This document shows, piece after piece, positions 33,037 to 42,748 of a stretch of DNA of 64,000 nt (its first letter is position 1; every line of letters starts with the position of its first letter). The translations under genes were made by a program, and so were the position numbers. The stretch is from IMG/VR virus record IMGVR_UViG_3300046171_000231, positions 62,001 to 126,000 of that record; one strand, given 5' to 3'. Under the pieces are notes generated by a model. The model did no database searches. It was not told where the DNA came from and worked only from the letters and a program-made list of their open reading frames with translations.

Positions 33037-33507
33037 TCAATTAAAATGATATGTTACTTCATTACTAGGCACATACCCACGCATACCACAAGATAAACAA
33101 ATACGAGGTACAGTGCTTGATATTCCCATATGCTCTAGACCTTTCTTAATAAAAATTGTATCACCAGCTTTTAATACAACAGGTTCCATATCCTCAACGA
33201 CATATGATATCTCACCTTCCAAGCATAAAATCAAAACATTAGTTGGGTCTGTATGTGCACCAATCCCTTCTGATGCACCAAGTGAAGAGAATATTTGAAT
33301 ATCTTGAAGAAAATATTTAAGATATTTTTTAAAACAATTCTTAATTTTTTGGGGGAATTCTTCAATATCAATATAACTTGTTTTAATTGTTCCACGCTCA
33401 TACTCATAAACTACGTACTCATCTGAATCATTATACAGATTTGGAAATGTAGATTTAGGTTCTTCCCCATGATTTTTTATTAGTTCAATTACTTCTTCCC
33501 AGTACAT
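33037..33507 (-). CDS. cupin/JmjC-like oxygenase
   Basis: GAHTDPTNVLILCLEG...LKAGDTIFIKKGLEH...RICLS. Confidence 0.75.
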   Translation of the reverse strand: MYWEEVIELIKNHGEEPKSTFPNLYNDSDEYVVYEYERGTIKTSYIDIEEFPQKIKNCFKKYLKYFLQDIQIFSSLGASEGIGAHTDPTNVLILCLEGEISYVVEDMEPVVLKAGDTIFIKKGLEHMGISSTVPRICLSCGMRGYVPSNEVTYHFN

Positions 33508-33527
33508 AATAATATAATATAATAATT

Positions 33528-33641
33528 TTATATATCTGTCTCTTCCATCATTGTTGACATCATTACTACGAAAAGTGTGGTTAATAACACTGTTCCCGAA
33601 AATATTGCTATAAACATCTCTAAAGTCTGATAATAGTTCAT
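33528..33641 (-). CDS. 37-aa single-TM micro-protein
   Basis: MNYYQTLEMFIAIFSGTVLLTTLFVVMMSTMMEETDI, ATGA coupling. Confidence 0.6.
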   Translation of the reverse strand: MNYYQTLEMFIAIFSGTVLLTTLFVVMMSTMMEETDI

Positions 33642-33739
33642 ACGTTTAATGTGTGGGCATTGATATAAGAAAATGATATCATTGCAGGGATGACCCAGCT
33701 AAACGGTAAAAACATTCTTATTTTTTCTTTTTGTTTCAT
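33638..33739 (-). CDS. 33-aa membrane micro-protein
   Basis: MKQKEKIRMFLPFSWVIPAMISFSYINAHTLNV, ATGA coupling at both ends. Confidence 0.6.
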   Translation of the reverse strand: MKQKEKIRMFLPFSWVIPAMISFSYINAHTLNV

Positions 33740-33849
33740 AATAGACCTACTGATCCTGCGGTTATTCCTACGACCATAAAAAAACCAAACTCCACCAAGT
33801 CTCTTGTACCTGGTGGAATAGAATTGACTATAGTGGACAAGAGTATCAT
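33736..33849 (-). CDS. 37-aa membrane micro-protein
   Basis: MILLSTIVNSIPPGTRDLVEFGFFMVVGITAGSVGLL, ATGA coupling. Confidence 0.65.
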   Translation of the reverse strand: MILLSTIVNSIPPGTRDLVEFGFFMVVGITAGSVGLL

Positions 33850-33923
33850 GAATATATGAACCCTAAACCACCTGTTGCTGTGTATGCGACTGCACACAAA
33901 AATACTACTCTGCTAATAATCAT
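33846..33923 (-). CDS. 25-aa membrane micro-protein
   Basis: MIISRVVFLCAVAYTATGGLGFIYS, TAATG/ATGA coupling. Confidence 0.55.
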   Translation of the reverse strand: MIISRVVFLCAVAYTATGGLGFIYS

Positions 33924-34096
33924 TATGCTCCCTGATAAACTGGTGTCATAACTCCACCTCCTTCATCATCATCGTCATCGTCATCTACTAAACGTAAAAA
34001 ATATTCAATAGCGACTAGAGCACTCACTGGATAGAAACACCATAGTATTGCTTTCCAAATTGGAAATGATTGTGCAGCGATGTTGAATTCTCCCAT
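33923..34096 (-). CDS. 57-aa membrane protein with acidic tail
   Basis: FPIWKAILWCFYPVSALVAIEYFL followed by a poly-Asp run and EGGGVMTPVYQGA. Confidence 0.7.
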   Translation of the reverse strand: MGEFNIAAQSFPIWKAILWCFYPVSALVAIEYFLRLVDDDDDDDEGGGVMTPVYQGA

Positions 34097-34138
34097 AACT
34101 TAAAGTTTTGTTACAATAGTATTTAGTTTTGTAAAGTT

Positions 34139-34228
34139 TTAAGCAAATACACTTGTGAATGTACTTGTTCCCAATGCCAACATAAAGATGTATGGCACGA
34201 CTTTAAATGGCACTGGATGTCTCTTCAT
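34139..34228 (-). CDS. 29-aa membrane micro-protein
   Basis: MKRHPVPFKVVPYIFMLALGTSTFTSVFA, TAATG coupling to hli. Confidence 0.6.
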   Translation of the reverse strand: MKRHPVPFKVVPYIFMLALGTSTFTSVFA

Positions 34229-34362
34229 TACACGAAACCTGGAATGATTTGACCTGTTGTTAGGTAAGCACCTAATCCTGCTACAATGCCGAGCATTGCT
34301 AATCTACCGTTAAGTTTCTCGGCAACTAGCTTTTCTTTTTCGATTGGTTTTGGTGTTGTCAT
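34228..34362 (-). CDS. hli: high-light inducible protein
   Basis: AEKLNGRLAMLG...TGQIIPGFV, start MTTPKP. Confidence 0.93.
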   Translation of the reverse strand: MTTPKPIEKEKLVAEKLNGRLAMLGIVAGLGAYLTTGQIIPGFV

Positions 34363-34469
34363 TAAAAAATACCTGGTATGATTTGTCCTGTTGTTGCGTA
34401 TGCACCGACTGCTGCTACGAAACCTAGCATTGCTGCCCATCCGTTAAATCTTTCTGCTTCTGGAGTCAT
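34362..34469 (-). CDS. hli: high-light inducible protein (absent from the ORF track)
   Basis: MTPEAERFNGWAAMLGFVAAVGAYATTGQIIPGIF. Confidence 0.93.
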   Translation of the reverse strand: MTPEAERFNGWAAMLGFVAAVGAYATTGQIIPGIF

Positions 34470-34517
34470 GAGTTTTTCCTCTTTGTTGATTGTGAATTGT
34501 GTGTTGAGTTTCATTTT

Positions 34518-34643
34518 TTAAAAGAAACCTGGTGCTATCCATCCGAATAGACCGTAGTTGACTGTGCCGATTACTAAACCGAGCATTGCGAGACGACCAT
34601 TAATCTTCTCTGCGTATCTCCAATATGAGTGCTGATGATCCAT
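34518..34643 (-). CDS. hli: high-light inducible protein
   Basis: MDHQHSYWRYAEKINGRLAMLG...WIAPGFF. Confidence 0.9.
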   Translation of the reverse strand: MDHQHSYWRYAEKINGRLAMLGLVIGTVNYGLFGWIAPGFF

Positions 34644-34840
34644 TAGAAGATACCTGGTATGATTTGACCTGTAGTGATGTACGCACCTAATAGTGCAACA
34701 AAACCAATCATCGCCCAACGACCATTTACTTTCTCAGCATTCTGAGGATATCCGTCATAGGAAGCACTTTCGTCGATATAAGGTCTTGTTTCAGTTGGGA
34801 AAGCGTTTTGTCTTCCACCTGATTCGGTTGTAACTGTCAT
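34643..34840 (-). CDS. hli: high-light inducible protein
   Basis: MTVTTESGGRQN...AEKVNGRWAMIG...TGQIIPGIF. Confidence 0.93.
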   Translation of the reverse strand: MTVTTESGGRQNAFPTETRPYIDESASYDGYPQNAEKVNGRWAMIGFVALLGAYITTGQIIPGIF

Positions 34841-34864
34841 TGAATTATTAATTTATGTAACAAT

Positions 34865-34893
34865 ATTATATAGTAAATATAAAATTTTGTCAA
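34865..34893 (-). promoter_or_regulatory. sigma70-type early promoter of the hli operon
   Basis: Perfect TTGACA-17-TATAAT. Confidence 0.85.
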
Positions 34894-34970
34894 GAAACTT
34901 TACAATTAAATGCCGATCCCAGTCAAGAAACCCTGATATAATTATTAAAAAATTATTAAGAATATAAGTT

Positions 34971-35504
34971 TTACTTATTAATCAATGGATTATAAACAAT
35001 ATTTCCAACAACCATACACCTTCCATCAGACTTGTTTGGTAGAGTATAATGATTTCTATGTGAATGAAAGAAAACTATTCTACCTGGTACGGGTTCTATC
35101 TCTTCTTCATCTAAGATAAAAGGAGAGGAACCCTCTGGTGCAGAGACACAATAATTAAATGACAGAGCATATGGAAAGTGATTATGTTTAGTTACATATT
35201 GCCCTTTATCATAATGTATTCCCCAACACTGATTAATTTCAAATCCTCCTCTATCAAAAGTAGCAGCACCATAATCTTTACTACTCCCTCCTCCACTAAC
35301 ATGAAAAGCAGCCTCAGGAATACAAGCATTAATCCAATATAGTAATATATCAATATCCTTTATACCTTTTTTATGAAGTCTCCAATCAGTTTTTCTTCCA
35401 CCTCCCATCACAGTTTCTTCTACATTAAAATTATTACAAACCGTATTATATAAAAATGGATTTATTTGTTCTCCTTGCCAGTAGTCCTCAGTATAGAAAT
35501 TCAT
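34971..35504 (-). CDS. 2OG-Fe(II) oxygenase-like protein
   Basis: WGIHYDKGQYVTKHNH...SFNY...PGRIVFFHS..NHYT...R. Confidence 0.75.
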   Translation of the reverse strand: MNFYTEDYWQGEQINPFLYNTVCNNFNVEETVMGGGRKTDWRLHKKGIKDIDILLYWINACIPEAAFHVSGGGSSKDYGAATFDRGGFEINQCWGIHYDKGQYVTKHNHFPYALSFNYCVSAPEGSSPFILDEEEIEPVPGRIVFFHSHRNHYTLPNKSDGRCMVVGNIVYNPLINK

Positions 35505-36286
35505 TATTTGTTTTCAAAACCTGGTGGAACACGATTAAAATACGGATCATAATCAAACATCTTATCCCAATCTTCGATGTTAGTTGAAGAGCATCTCCAG
35601 AATTGCCATATACCTTCGTAACTTGATTTATGAAATACATGAATGTGTATATCGTGTATTGATGAACCGAGTTCAAGCTTGTAAAGAAATAAAGGTATTG
35701 CGAATGTATTGCCAGAATTGTATATTAAATCATCTGCAACTGCTCTCGGTTTTGAACCTTGATCGAGTTTATACTTATCACCACGACAATGTAATCTTAC
35801 AAGTTTCTCTGCGTGATGTCTTGTAATTAAATAGCAAGCAGTTGAAAAGTCATTTATAAATCTACGATGCAACTGTGCATATACAGTGGCAGGGTTGATG
35901 ATTGCTAATTGAATGACATCATAATCATAAGGAATCTTTGAGTAAAAATCTTTCCACGTAAATCCCCAATGAAGTACTGTAGATATATCACAATCATCTT
36001 CCATCATCAAAGCACAAGGTGCATCAGTTTCAAGGAACATCTTCATTGCTTTTAAATGTGAGGTAGTACATCCTACTTCACTTGATGACATTCCATCAGG
36101 GTATGTTCCTTTTAATATGTCACTTAAATCATCTTCACGACCATCATATGCAGATACACGGGTATAATTTTCGATATCCCATTCCTTAAGCATATTCTCG
36201 GCAGATTCCCATCTTTCTGGTTCACCATCAAGATTAATACAATAGACTGGAGGAAGTCCTTTTAATTTGTATTTTGCCTTATTCAT
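35504..36286 (-). CDS. glycosyltransferase family 25
   Basis: YCINLD...R.SAYDG...EVGCTTSH...MEDD. Confidence 0.8.
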   Translation of the reverse strand: MNKAKYKLKGLPPVYCINLDGEPERWESAENMLKEWDIENYTRVSAYDGREDDLSDILKGTYPDGMSSSEVGCTTSHLKAMKMFLETDAPCALMMEDDCDISTVLHWGFTWKDFYSKIPYDYDVIQLAIINPATVYAQLHRRFINDFSTACYLITRHHAEKLVRLHCRGDKYKLDQGSKPRAVADDLIYNSGNTFAIPLFLYKLELGSSIHDIHIHVFHKSSYEGIWQFWRCSSTNIEDWDKMFDYDPYFNRVPPGFENK

Positions 36287-37179
36287 AGTTGTGTTTTAAT
36301 CCACTCCTCTACATTCATTTCGGGTTTCCAAGCAAATGTTTTTTGTATCTTATCAATGTTAGCCAAACTGTTTCTTGCCTCTCCAATTCTTGGTGGTATA
36401 TTAATTGTATCATCAGATATGAAAGATGCAATCTCATTCACTGAATAATTCTTACCAGACCCTACATTATATACTTGACCATATGCATCATCATCTGGAT
36501 TTGATATTGCTGCCATTACATTTGCGTTTGCTACATCTTTCACATATATGTAATCCCTTCTCTGTTCCCCGTCACCAACGATTGTCAGTGGTTCACCTGC
36601 TGCTTTCTGTCTTAAAAATATACCTGTCACAGGAGCATACTGACCCTTTCTGGGTGCTCTTTCACCAAAGACATTAAAGTATCGGAATACAATTGTCTTA
36701 AGTCCGTAGAGGTCTGTATACATCTTACATAACTTCTCACCTGCAATCTTTGATACTGAATATGGATTTAAACAATCATCTGGTTGTGTCTCAATATTGG
36801 GTGCTTCATTCAATCCGTAACCTGATGATGTTGATGAATATAATACTTTCTTCGCTCCAACTTCTCTTGCACATTGTAATACATTACAAGTTCCTATCGT
36901 ATTAATATTGAGTGCATTTACTGGATTCTCAATCGCAGGTCCGATTCTTGCTTCTGCTGCAAGATGAAAAACATAATCAGCACCAGTAAATGCATTCTTA
37001 AGTCCTTTATAATCTGTGATATCGATATCTACATTTAAAGTATCTTTTCTCCAATGAAAGTTATCATTGTCAGAATATTCATTATCGATCACAATAACCA
37101 TATGATCTAATCTTTTAAGTTCTTCAACGATGTGTGACCCGATAAAGCCAGCACCACCAGTAACGATTGAAATTGTCAT
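36283..37179 (-). CDS. NAD-dependent nucleotide-sugar epimerase/dehydratase
   Basis: GGAGFIGS, YSVSK, RYFNVFG, GDGEQRRDYIYV. Confidence 0.9.
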   Translation of the reverse strand: MTISIVTGGAGFIGSHIVEELKRLDHMVIVIDNEYSDNDNFHWRKDTLNVDIDITDYKGLKNAFTGADYVFHLAAEARIGPAIENPVNALNINTIGTCNVLQCAREVGAKKVLYSSTSSGYGLNEAPNIETQPDDCLNPYSVSKIAGEKLCKMYTDLYGLKTIVFRYFNVFGERAPRKGQYAPVTGIFLRQKAAGEPLTIVGDGEQRRDYIYVKDVANANVMAAISNPDDDAYGQVYNVGSGKNYSVNEIASFISDDTINIPPRIGEARNSLANIDKIQKTFAWKPEMNVEEWIKTQL

Positions 37180-37817
37180 TAATATAAAACGGTTGGTTTC
37201 CAGAAATTACGATTTGGTTGTATCACTTCAATTGTAGGATATGAAGTCAAAGATTGATCTGTACCATTAGAACTGGTTTGATAAAACAAAGGGTCATCAA
37301 ATGCATAGACATTATAGTATCTTTGTATTTCAGCGAAACCAATATCTTGATGTTGTGCAGTATCAAAAGATTGATGTGCAATCTTGCTACAGAGAGAAAC
37401 ATATTCCTCATCTAAGTATAGCACAGAATGAGCACTCAGCATATTATATATTCTCAAAAGACCACCGTTCAATTCTTCATATTGAACGCAAGGACCAGAG
37501 TGAGAATTCATCCTACCCCAAGATGAGATGCCAAGATAAACTGCGTCAGAGTCATCAGGTACATCAATAATAGTTCTAAAGTTTTTTGTTTTGCAATCAT
37601 CTTCAAATATAATAAAAGGTGGTTCTACTTCGTTCAATGCTTTGTAGTGAGAGTAAGAACAACCTGCTAATGGTCTGTCTGGTGTATACTCACCATCTAT
37701 ACGAATGATATTTTCAAATCCACATTCGTCTAATACATCTACAATACTATTCTTTTTCTCAACATCTTGTTGAAGATTGATATAGACAGCAGGTATTTCT
37801 CTAAGATCTAAGTTCAT
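37179..37817 (-). CDS. GT25-like glycosyltransferase
   Basis: VYINL...GCSYSH...IIFEDD. Confidence 0.6.
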   Translation of the reverse strand: MNLDLREIPAVYINLQQDVEKKNSIVDVLDECGFENIIRIDGEYTPDRPLAGCSYSHYKALNEVEPPFIIFEDDCKTKNFRTIIDVPDDSDAVYLGISSWGRMNSHSGPCVQYEELNGGLLRIYNMLSAHSVLYLDEEYVSLCSKIAHQSFDTAQHQDIGFAEIQRYYNVYAFDDPLFYQTSSNGTDQSLTSYPTIEVIQPNRNFWKPTVLY

Positions 37818-38497
37818 TGTGGTCTTTCTTCAATGCAATAATTTTAGCATCATAAGGATACTCGGAGTTATACATTTGCTCCTCTGCAAAACAATATGAT
37901 GGTGTCAATGATTTAGTTGGTGGATTATCTATCAGGTAACGATTCATCTGTGATTCATCGTGCCATAATGCAATAACATCATTCTCTAAATCTTTTGTGA
38001 CTCTATCGGCAAGTATCTCTGCCATTTCTAAAAATCTTTTTGTTGAACCACCATTGAATCCACCTGCATAATATAACTCACCTTCTTCACCTGGTGGTAC
38101 ATATGCAAGTGACTTTGGATTACGGTCATATGTTCTCTGCTCTTTTGGATAGAATGATTGATATGGATGCATAGTTGCAACTAAATCATCTAATACTTCA
38201 TCACCAACCTTATCTACGATTCCCATATCTACATCAAAGTAGTAACAGTAATCAAACTGTGAAATATAATCTTTCTCTTTTACAAAGTAATTGTATCTCT
38301 TTGAGTGTTGGCATTGGCCAAGGTTCGTGGTCAATTTGAGATACCTTAATATTATCTGATGTTTCTACATCGTGTTCAGTAAATAATAAACCTTGTATCT
38401 CGTGACCATTGAGAAACTTCTCTTCAATATTATCATACAATCTTTCTACAAATTGTATGTACTTATTAGTTGCAATAGTCAGAATAAGAATTTTCAT
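37801..38497 (-). CDS. glycosyltransferase family 6, ABO-like (1-nt insertion at ~38301)
   Basis: IATNKY, WPMPTL|KRY, DVD, YYAGGFNGG, WHDESQMNRY. Confidence 0.88.
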
Positions 38498-39360
38498 CTT
38501 AATATATCTAATAAAGTTTTGACAGAGCATTCAAAGGATAGATTGTCCTTAATAAATGCTTTTGGATCATATTCGTCTAGTGTAGCATAAAATTTAGAAA
38601 ATGTCACATTCAGTTCATCTATGTTAAAAAATACTTCTCCACATCTCTCATCCCAATAAGGTATCGATGTTGCAGGAACTCTGTATGCTTCTCCTTGGTC
38701 TAACCATTCTTTAATATCCCAAGCAATAATCGGAACTCCCATTGACATAATCTCTTGAACTGCAATACCCTGACTTTCTGTACCATTAATAAGGAAACAG
38801 AACTTTGCTTGATTAACTAAATCCTTAAAACCATCTTCACCATATCCACCATACTCTACCATTTTATATGTAAGATTTTTACTATCTAAAAATTGCTTGA
38901 CTGTATCTAGTTCTTTCTGCTCTCTTCTCTTGAAATATATCAGACAATCATATGTAATATCTCTTTCATTATTAAATGTCTCAATACCAACTGGCCAGAC
39001 TGATAACTTATTCTCTGGTAAATTAAATTTATTGATAAACTTATCTTTGACCCATTGAGATGGTGCAATCATCTTTTTGTAATAATCCTGATGTTCGATT
39101 AGAAACTGTCCATAGGTATCAAACAACCAAACCTGTGGTCCAATAATACAAGTATCAAGTTCTATTTTAGAATGTTTTTCGTGTGCAATATCATTATATT
39201 GTAATAGAAAATTATGTTCGTACTTCTCTTCATTGATAGCATAATCGATCTTCTCTTGGTCTAAACTCATCAATAGATTTTTTACAACCTTATGAGGACC
39301 ATTCATTGTTTGAGTATGACCCCAATATGATTCAGAATAATATAAGTTTATCATAACCAA
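38494..39360 (-). CDS. GT-B (family 4-like) glycosyltransferase
   Basis: APSQWVK, ESQGIAVQEIMSMGVPII. Confidence 0.7.
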   Translation of the reverse strand: MVMINLYYSESYWGHTQTMNGPHKVVKNLLMSLDQEKIDYAINEEKYEHNFLLQYNDIAHEKHSKIELDTCIIGPQVWLFDTYGQFLIEHQDYYKKMIAPSQWVKDKFINKFNLPENKLSVWPVGIETFNNERDITYDCLIYFKRREQKELDTVKQFLDSKNLTYKMVEYGGYGEDGFKDLVNQAKFCFLINGTESQGIAVQEIMSMGVPIIAWDIKEWLDQGEAYRVPATSIPYWDERCGEVFFNIDELNVTFSKFYATLDEYDPKAFIKDNLSFECSVKTLLDILR

Positions 39361-39771
39361 GTAGTTTGTTTTAGCATTTCTTCTGGAAGTTTATCAGTCC
39401 AAATGTAATCAGTATGTTTATTATCTATCTTTGGTTCAAACATCTTTTTGACAGGAACAATATGTAAGAGTGTAGGTGTATGAGTTGCCCTTGCATCTGG
39501 AACATCTGGAAAAATATAATTAGAATATCCGATAATTTTAAATTCAGAAAAACTTTGACCTATCTCTTGCATCATAACTCTTTCTGGCTAACTCTGCCAT
39601 TGTTTCTTTATATCTTAATCTACCACCAACTACCCAGTATACATCTTTAACTGGTTCTTCTTTCCTTTTAATTAATAGATATTTTTTCTCAGCAAAAATT
39701 AAAAAGTCTGCACAGAAAACTGGCATCGTTTTTATTATCTTTTGATACTCTTCTTCTGGTATAAAAGTCAT
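39351..39771 (-). CDS. GDP-mannose mannosyl hydrolase-like Nudix protein (1-nt insertion at ~39586)
   Basis: LLIKRKEEPVK..W..GGRL...ET..E.A.R...QEIG...TH. Confidence 0.75.
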
Positions 39772-40568
39772 ACCCAAGTCCAGTCACTAAACTCCATATC
39801 TTTTACAGATTTACCTGCACAACTATCAGCAAACCAATTACTTGGAGCAACAACTTTTTCACTATCACCTAACCAAGCTCCCCACCAAGAGAATGATGAG
39901 TTTGCAATAATATGATAATCACATTTTGTCATCAAACACAAATCAATATCTGCATCATTACCTTCAGATATCATCACACTATCATCAGCAAAGAGTTCTT
40001 GTTCTTGACACCATTTCGGGTCATCTGAAAATACAAGTATCTGAACATTTTTATCAAACAACTTTAATGCATCTTCATAATAACTCATCGGTTGTAATGG
40101 ATGATTATTATTCACAGTATAATCTGTTCTTCTGATATGTAATGATACAACTTTATTTCCGCTAATTGACTCATACATCTCATTACATAATGATTCTACT
40201 TCATCAGAAAACTTAAAATCATTCTTGATTTCATCTTTTACATGTTCAAAATATTTTGGTGATTGATAGTAACCAAAGAAGTCAACATTATCAGGACAAG
40301 ACCTAAAAAGTTCTTCATCAAACTCGTGCATCCTTTCTTGTAGAATAGGATTCTTTGATATCTGAATATTATTCTTACTTATATTTTCAAATACGTTGTA
40401 GATATTCAGAGGTGATTCTTTTACTAATGGATCATTTTGTCCAAAGACTTGCTCTGGTGGAATACTAAATTCATATCCACGATTTCTTGCAATACCTTTT
40501 AACGATGCATATTGAAACATCTGATTTGCAAGTCTTCCAAGATTACCAATGTTATTAAAACTAATCAT
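39768..40568 (-). CDS. alpha-1,2-fucosyltransferase (GT11)
   Basis: GRLANQMFQYA, GYYQS, HIRRTDY, FSDD, IIANSSFSWWGAWL. Confidence 0.9.
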   Translation of the reverse strand: MISFNNIGNLGRLANQMFQYASLKGIARNRGYEFSIPPEQVFGQNDPLVKESPLNIYNVFENISKNNIQISKNPILQERMHEFDEELFRSCPDNVDFFGYYQSPKYFEHVKDEIKNDFKFSDEVESLCNEMYESISGNKVVSLHIRRTDYTVNNNHPLQPMSYYEDALKLFDKNVQILVFSDDPKWCQEQELFADDSVMISEGNDADIDLCLMTKCDYHIIANSSFSWWGAWLGDSEKVVAPSNWFADSCAGKSVKDMEFSDWTWV

Positions 40569-41304
40569 ATTCTCCGTAAACCTTTCCGTTAATTGTGTTG
40601 TAAATTTGTGTTTTTAATTTTGTGCTTGAATAGTCGTGATTACGACTTAACCAAACAATTTCAATAGATAAATCTTTTCCTGTATAACTACCATCCATAT
40701 AATCAGTTCCTAAGAAACGAATATGATAATCTTTTAGATAATGATGAAATGTTTCTTCTGCTTGATAAACTACAACATCATCAACATATTTAATAGCGTG
40801 TAGTATTTCTTTTCGATCTTCTACAGTCTGGACTGGTTTTAATTTATTCGGTCTTGCCATTGATGGGTCTTCGTGTAATGCAACTGTTAGATGATTACAA
40901 TGTTCTTTTGCTTCCTTAAACATTCTTATATAACCAGGATGTATTACATCAAAGTTACCTGCAATAATACCTTTCTTTGGTGGAACAGTTTTCTTCCACT
41001 CCTCTACATTAATACCTTTATCATCTATAAACAAATCTGCAGTTGGTTTATGAAACATAGGCTCAATCTCGTGATACTTATAACCCCAACGATCTAACTG
41101 CTCTCTTGTTAATTGAGTCCAATCTTTACCAGAACCTCTTCCTCTTGCAGTCATCATAATAATAGTATGACCTTCATCATAAAGACGATTGACTTGCTCA
41201 ATCATAAAAGGATAAGGTTGTGAATCCCAATACCTTACATTATGACCATCTGGATCACTTGGAGTTTCACATAAAGTCCCATCTATATCAAAACAATATT
41301 TCAT
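40561..41304 (-). CDS. bifunctional HAD phosphatase / cytidylyltransferase-like protein
   Basis: N-terminal FDIDGTL...TARG...KP..D.FIDDK, C-terminal GNFDVIHPGY...R...YSST. Confidence 0.8.
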   Translation of the reverse strand: MKYCFDIDGTLCETPSDPDGHNVRYWDSQPYPFMIEQVNRLYDEGHTIIMMTARGRGSGKDWTQLTREQLDRWGYKYHEIEPMFHKPTADLFIDDKGINVEEWKKTVPPKKGIIAGNFDVIHPGYIRMFKEAKEHCNHLTVALHEDPSMARPNKLKPVQTVEDRKEILHAIKYVDDVVVYQAEETFHHYLKDYHIRFLGTDYMDGSYTGKDLSIEIVWLSRNHDYSSTKLKTQIYNTINGKVYGEYD

Positions 41305-41804
41305 ATAACTCCGTGAAGAAAAATCTGATGGACACACTCAACAACCCCATAACTATCACTGTTAATATGATAGTTCCAAAGTGCATTTTTTGCAACTGTT
41401 TTTATTGTATTATCAATCTTAAATCCTGTTAGAACTCCATAATCAGTTTCAGTTTCTTCGCACCAATTCAAACAGTTCAACATATTAGGTGACTCACCAC
41501 CAGAACTCATAATAATTACGAGAGTATCTTTCTCAACATAATACTCTAAGAACTTTTCATATGCGTGATCATATCCAAAATCATTTGATAACATTGTTAT
41601 CATTGATGGGTCGGATAACACTGATACTTTCTTACCATTAAACTTCATATAATCTTGAGATATATGAGATGCAACAGAGTTGCTACCACCATTTCCTAAA
41701 ATTATAATTCTTGGATGTGTATAATATTCTTTCTGAAACTTGAAGAACTCAACTTCCATATGAGCAGATTCAAGAGTTTTAACATACTCTTCAAAAGGAT
41801 TCAT
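41301..41804 (-). CDS. gmhA: phosphoheptose isomerase (SIS domain)
   Basis: GNGGS...ASH...SNDFGY...SSGGESPN...E..H. Confidence 0.8.
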   Translation of the reverse strand: MNPFEEYVKTLESAHMEVEFFKFQKEYYTHPRIIILGNGGSNSVASHISQDYMKFNGKKVSVLSDPSMITMLSNDFGYDHAYEKFLEYYVEKDTLVIIMSSGGESPNMLNCLNWCEETETDYGVLTGFKIDNTIKTVAKNALWNYHINSDSYGVVECVHQIFLHGVI

Positions 41805-42748
41805 AATTCTTTTCCAGTTACACCTTTAGTTTCTACATCTATTTTAACATAATCAAACGGAATATTCAACTGTCCCTTTTTAGAAAATGTTAGAAAGAAA
41901 CCACCATTACCCGCACCACATAATTTATGTGCAATCACAGATTTATTTTCAATTAATTCTTCATCCATTTGTTTTATCCAATTGTTCTTTAATATTGTAG
42001 ATGATGTATTTTTCTTCAATATCCAACTATCATTCATTAGATTTAAAAAATCATCATAATTTTTTTTATAGAAAGCATCGTGTGCAATTTCAACAGCCTC
42101 TAGTAATGGTCTTGATTTTTCAATATTCGCAGTTACATCTTTCAAAACTTTTTTAGAATTTCTTGTCACACCAGTAAAGATTAAATGTGCGTCAAACTCA
42201 CGAAATAAATCAGAGTTCATAAAATTATATTTGACAATACCACCTCTCTTAAATTCAATTCTTTTAAATCCACCTACACCACAACCATATGGATCTTGAT
42301 AACCACAATAAGGATTCATAATTAATTCTAAACGATATGCCATTTCACATATTTCAACATCAGTCATCGGTGTTTTATAATACATCGTAAGACATTTGAG
42401 TAAACTAATAATGTAAGATGATGAAGATGCAAGACCACTTCCTTGTGAGTATGCATCACTGGTCATTGAAACATTTACGGGTGGTGTTCTAAAATAATCA
42501 AGAACTATTCGTATTAATTCATTTTTAATTTTACGAACATCAGTTACCTCTTCTCTCTTTGAGTAATTAATAATATATTTTCCACCTTGATTATTATAAC
42601 CTAACTTATCTTCGTGTAATGTGATATAAGTTTTAAGACTACACGCAAAACTAATTACAGAACCGTATCCATATCTTTCTACAAAGACAGGATTATCTGT
42701 TGAACCACCAAATAAAGATACTCGTAAAGGACAAGATGAAATAAACAT
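41801..42748 (-). CDS. hddA: GHMP sugar kinase, D-glycero-D-manno-heptose 7-phosphate kinase-like
   Basis: PLRVSLFGGSTD, GSGLASSS, GYQD, KLCGAGNGGF. Confidence 0.8.
   Translation of the reverse strand: MFISSCPLRVSLFGGSTDNPVFVERYGYGSVISFACSLKTYITLHEDKLGYNNQGGKYIINYSKREEVTDVRKIKNELIRIVLDYFRTPPVNVSMTSDAYSQGSGLASSSSYIISLLKCLTMYYKTPMTDVEICEMAYRLELIMNPYCGYQDPYGCGVGGFKRIEFKRGGIVKYNFMNSDLFREFDAHLIFTGVTRNSKKVLKDVTANIEKSRPLLEAVEIAHDAFYKKNYDDFLNLMNDSWILKKNTSSTILKNNWIKQMDEELIENKSVIAHKLCGAGNGGFFLTFSKKGQLNIPFDYVKIDVETKGVTGKEL

Noticed and set aside
34228-34840. hli tandem, psbA/psbD, talC, ptox and pyrE as novel findings
   Set aside because: These are well-known cyanophage auxiliary metabolic genes.
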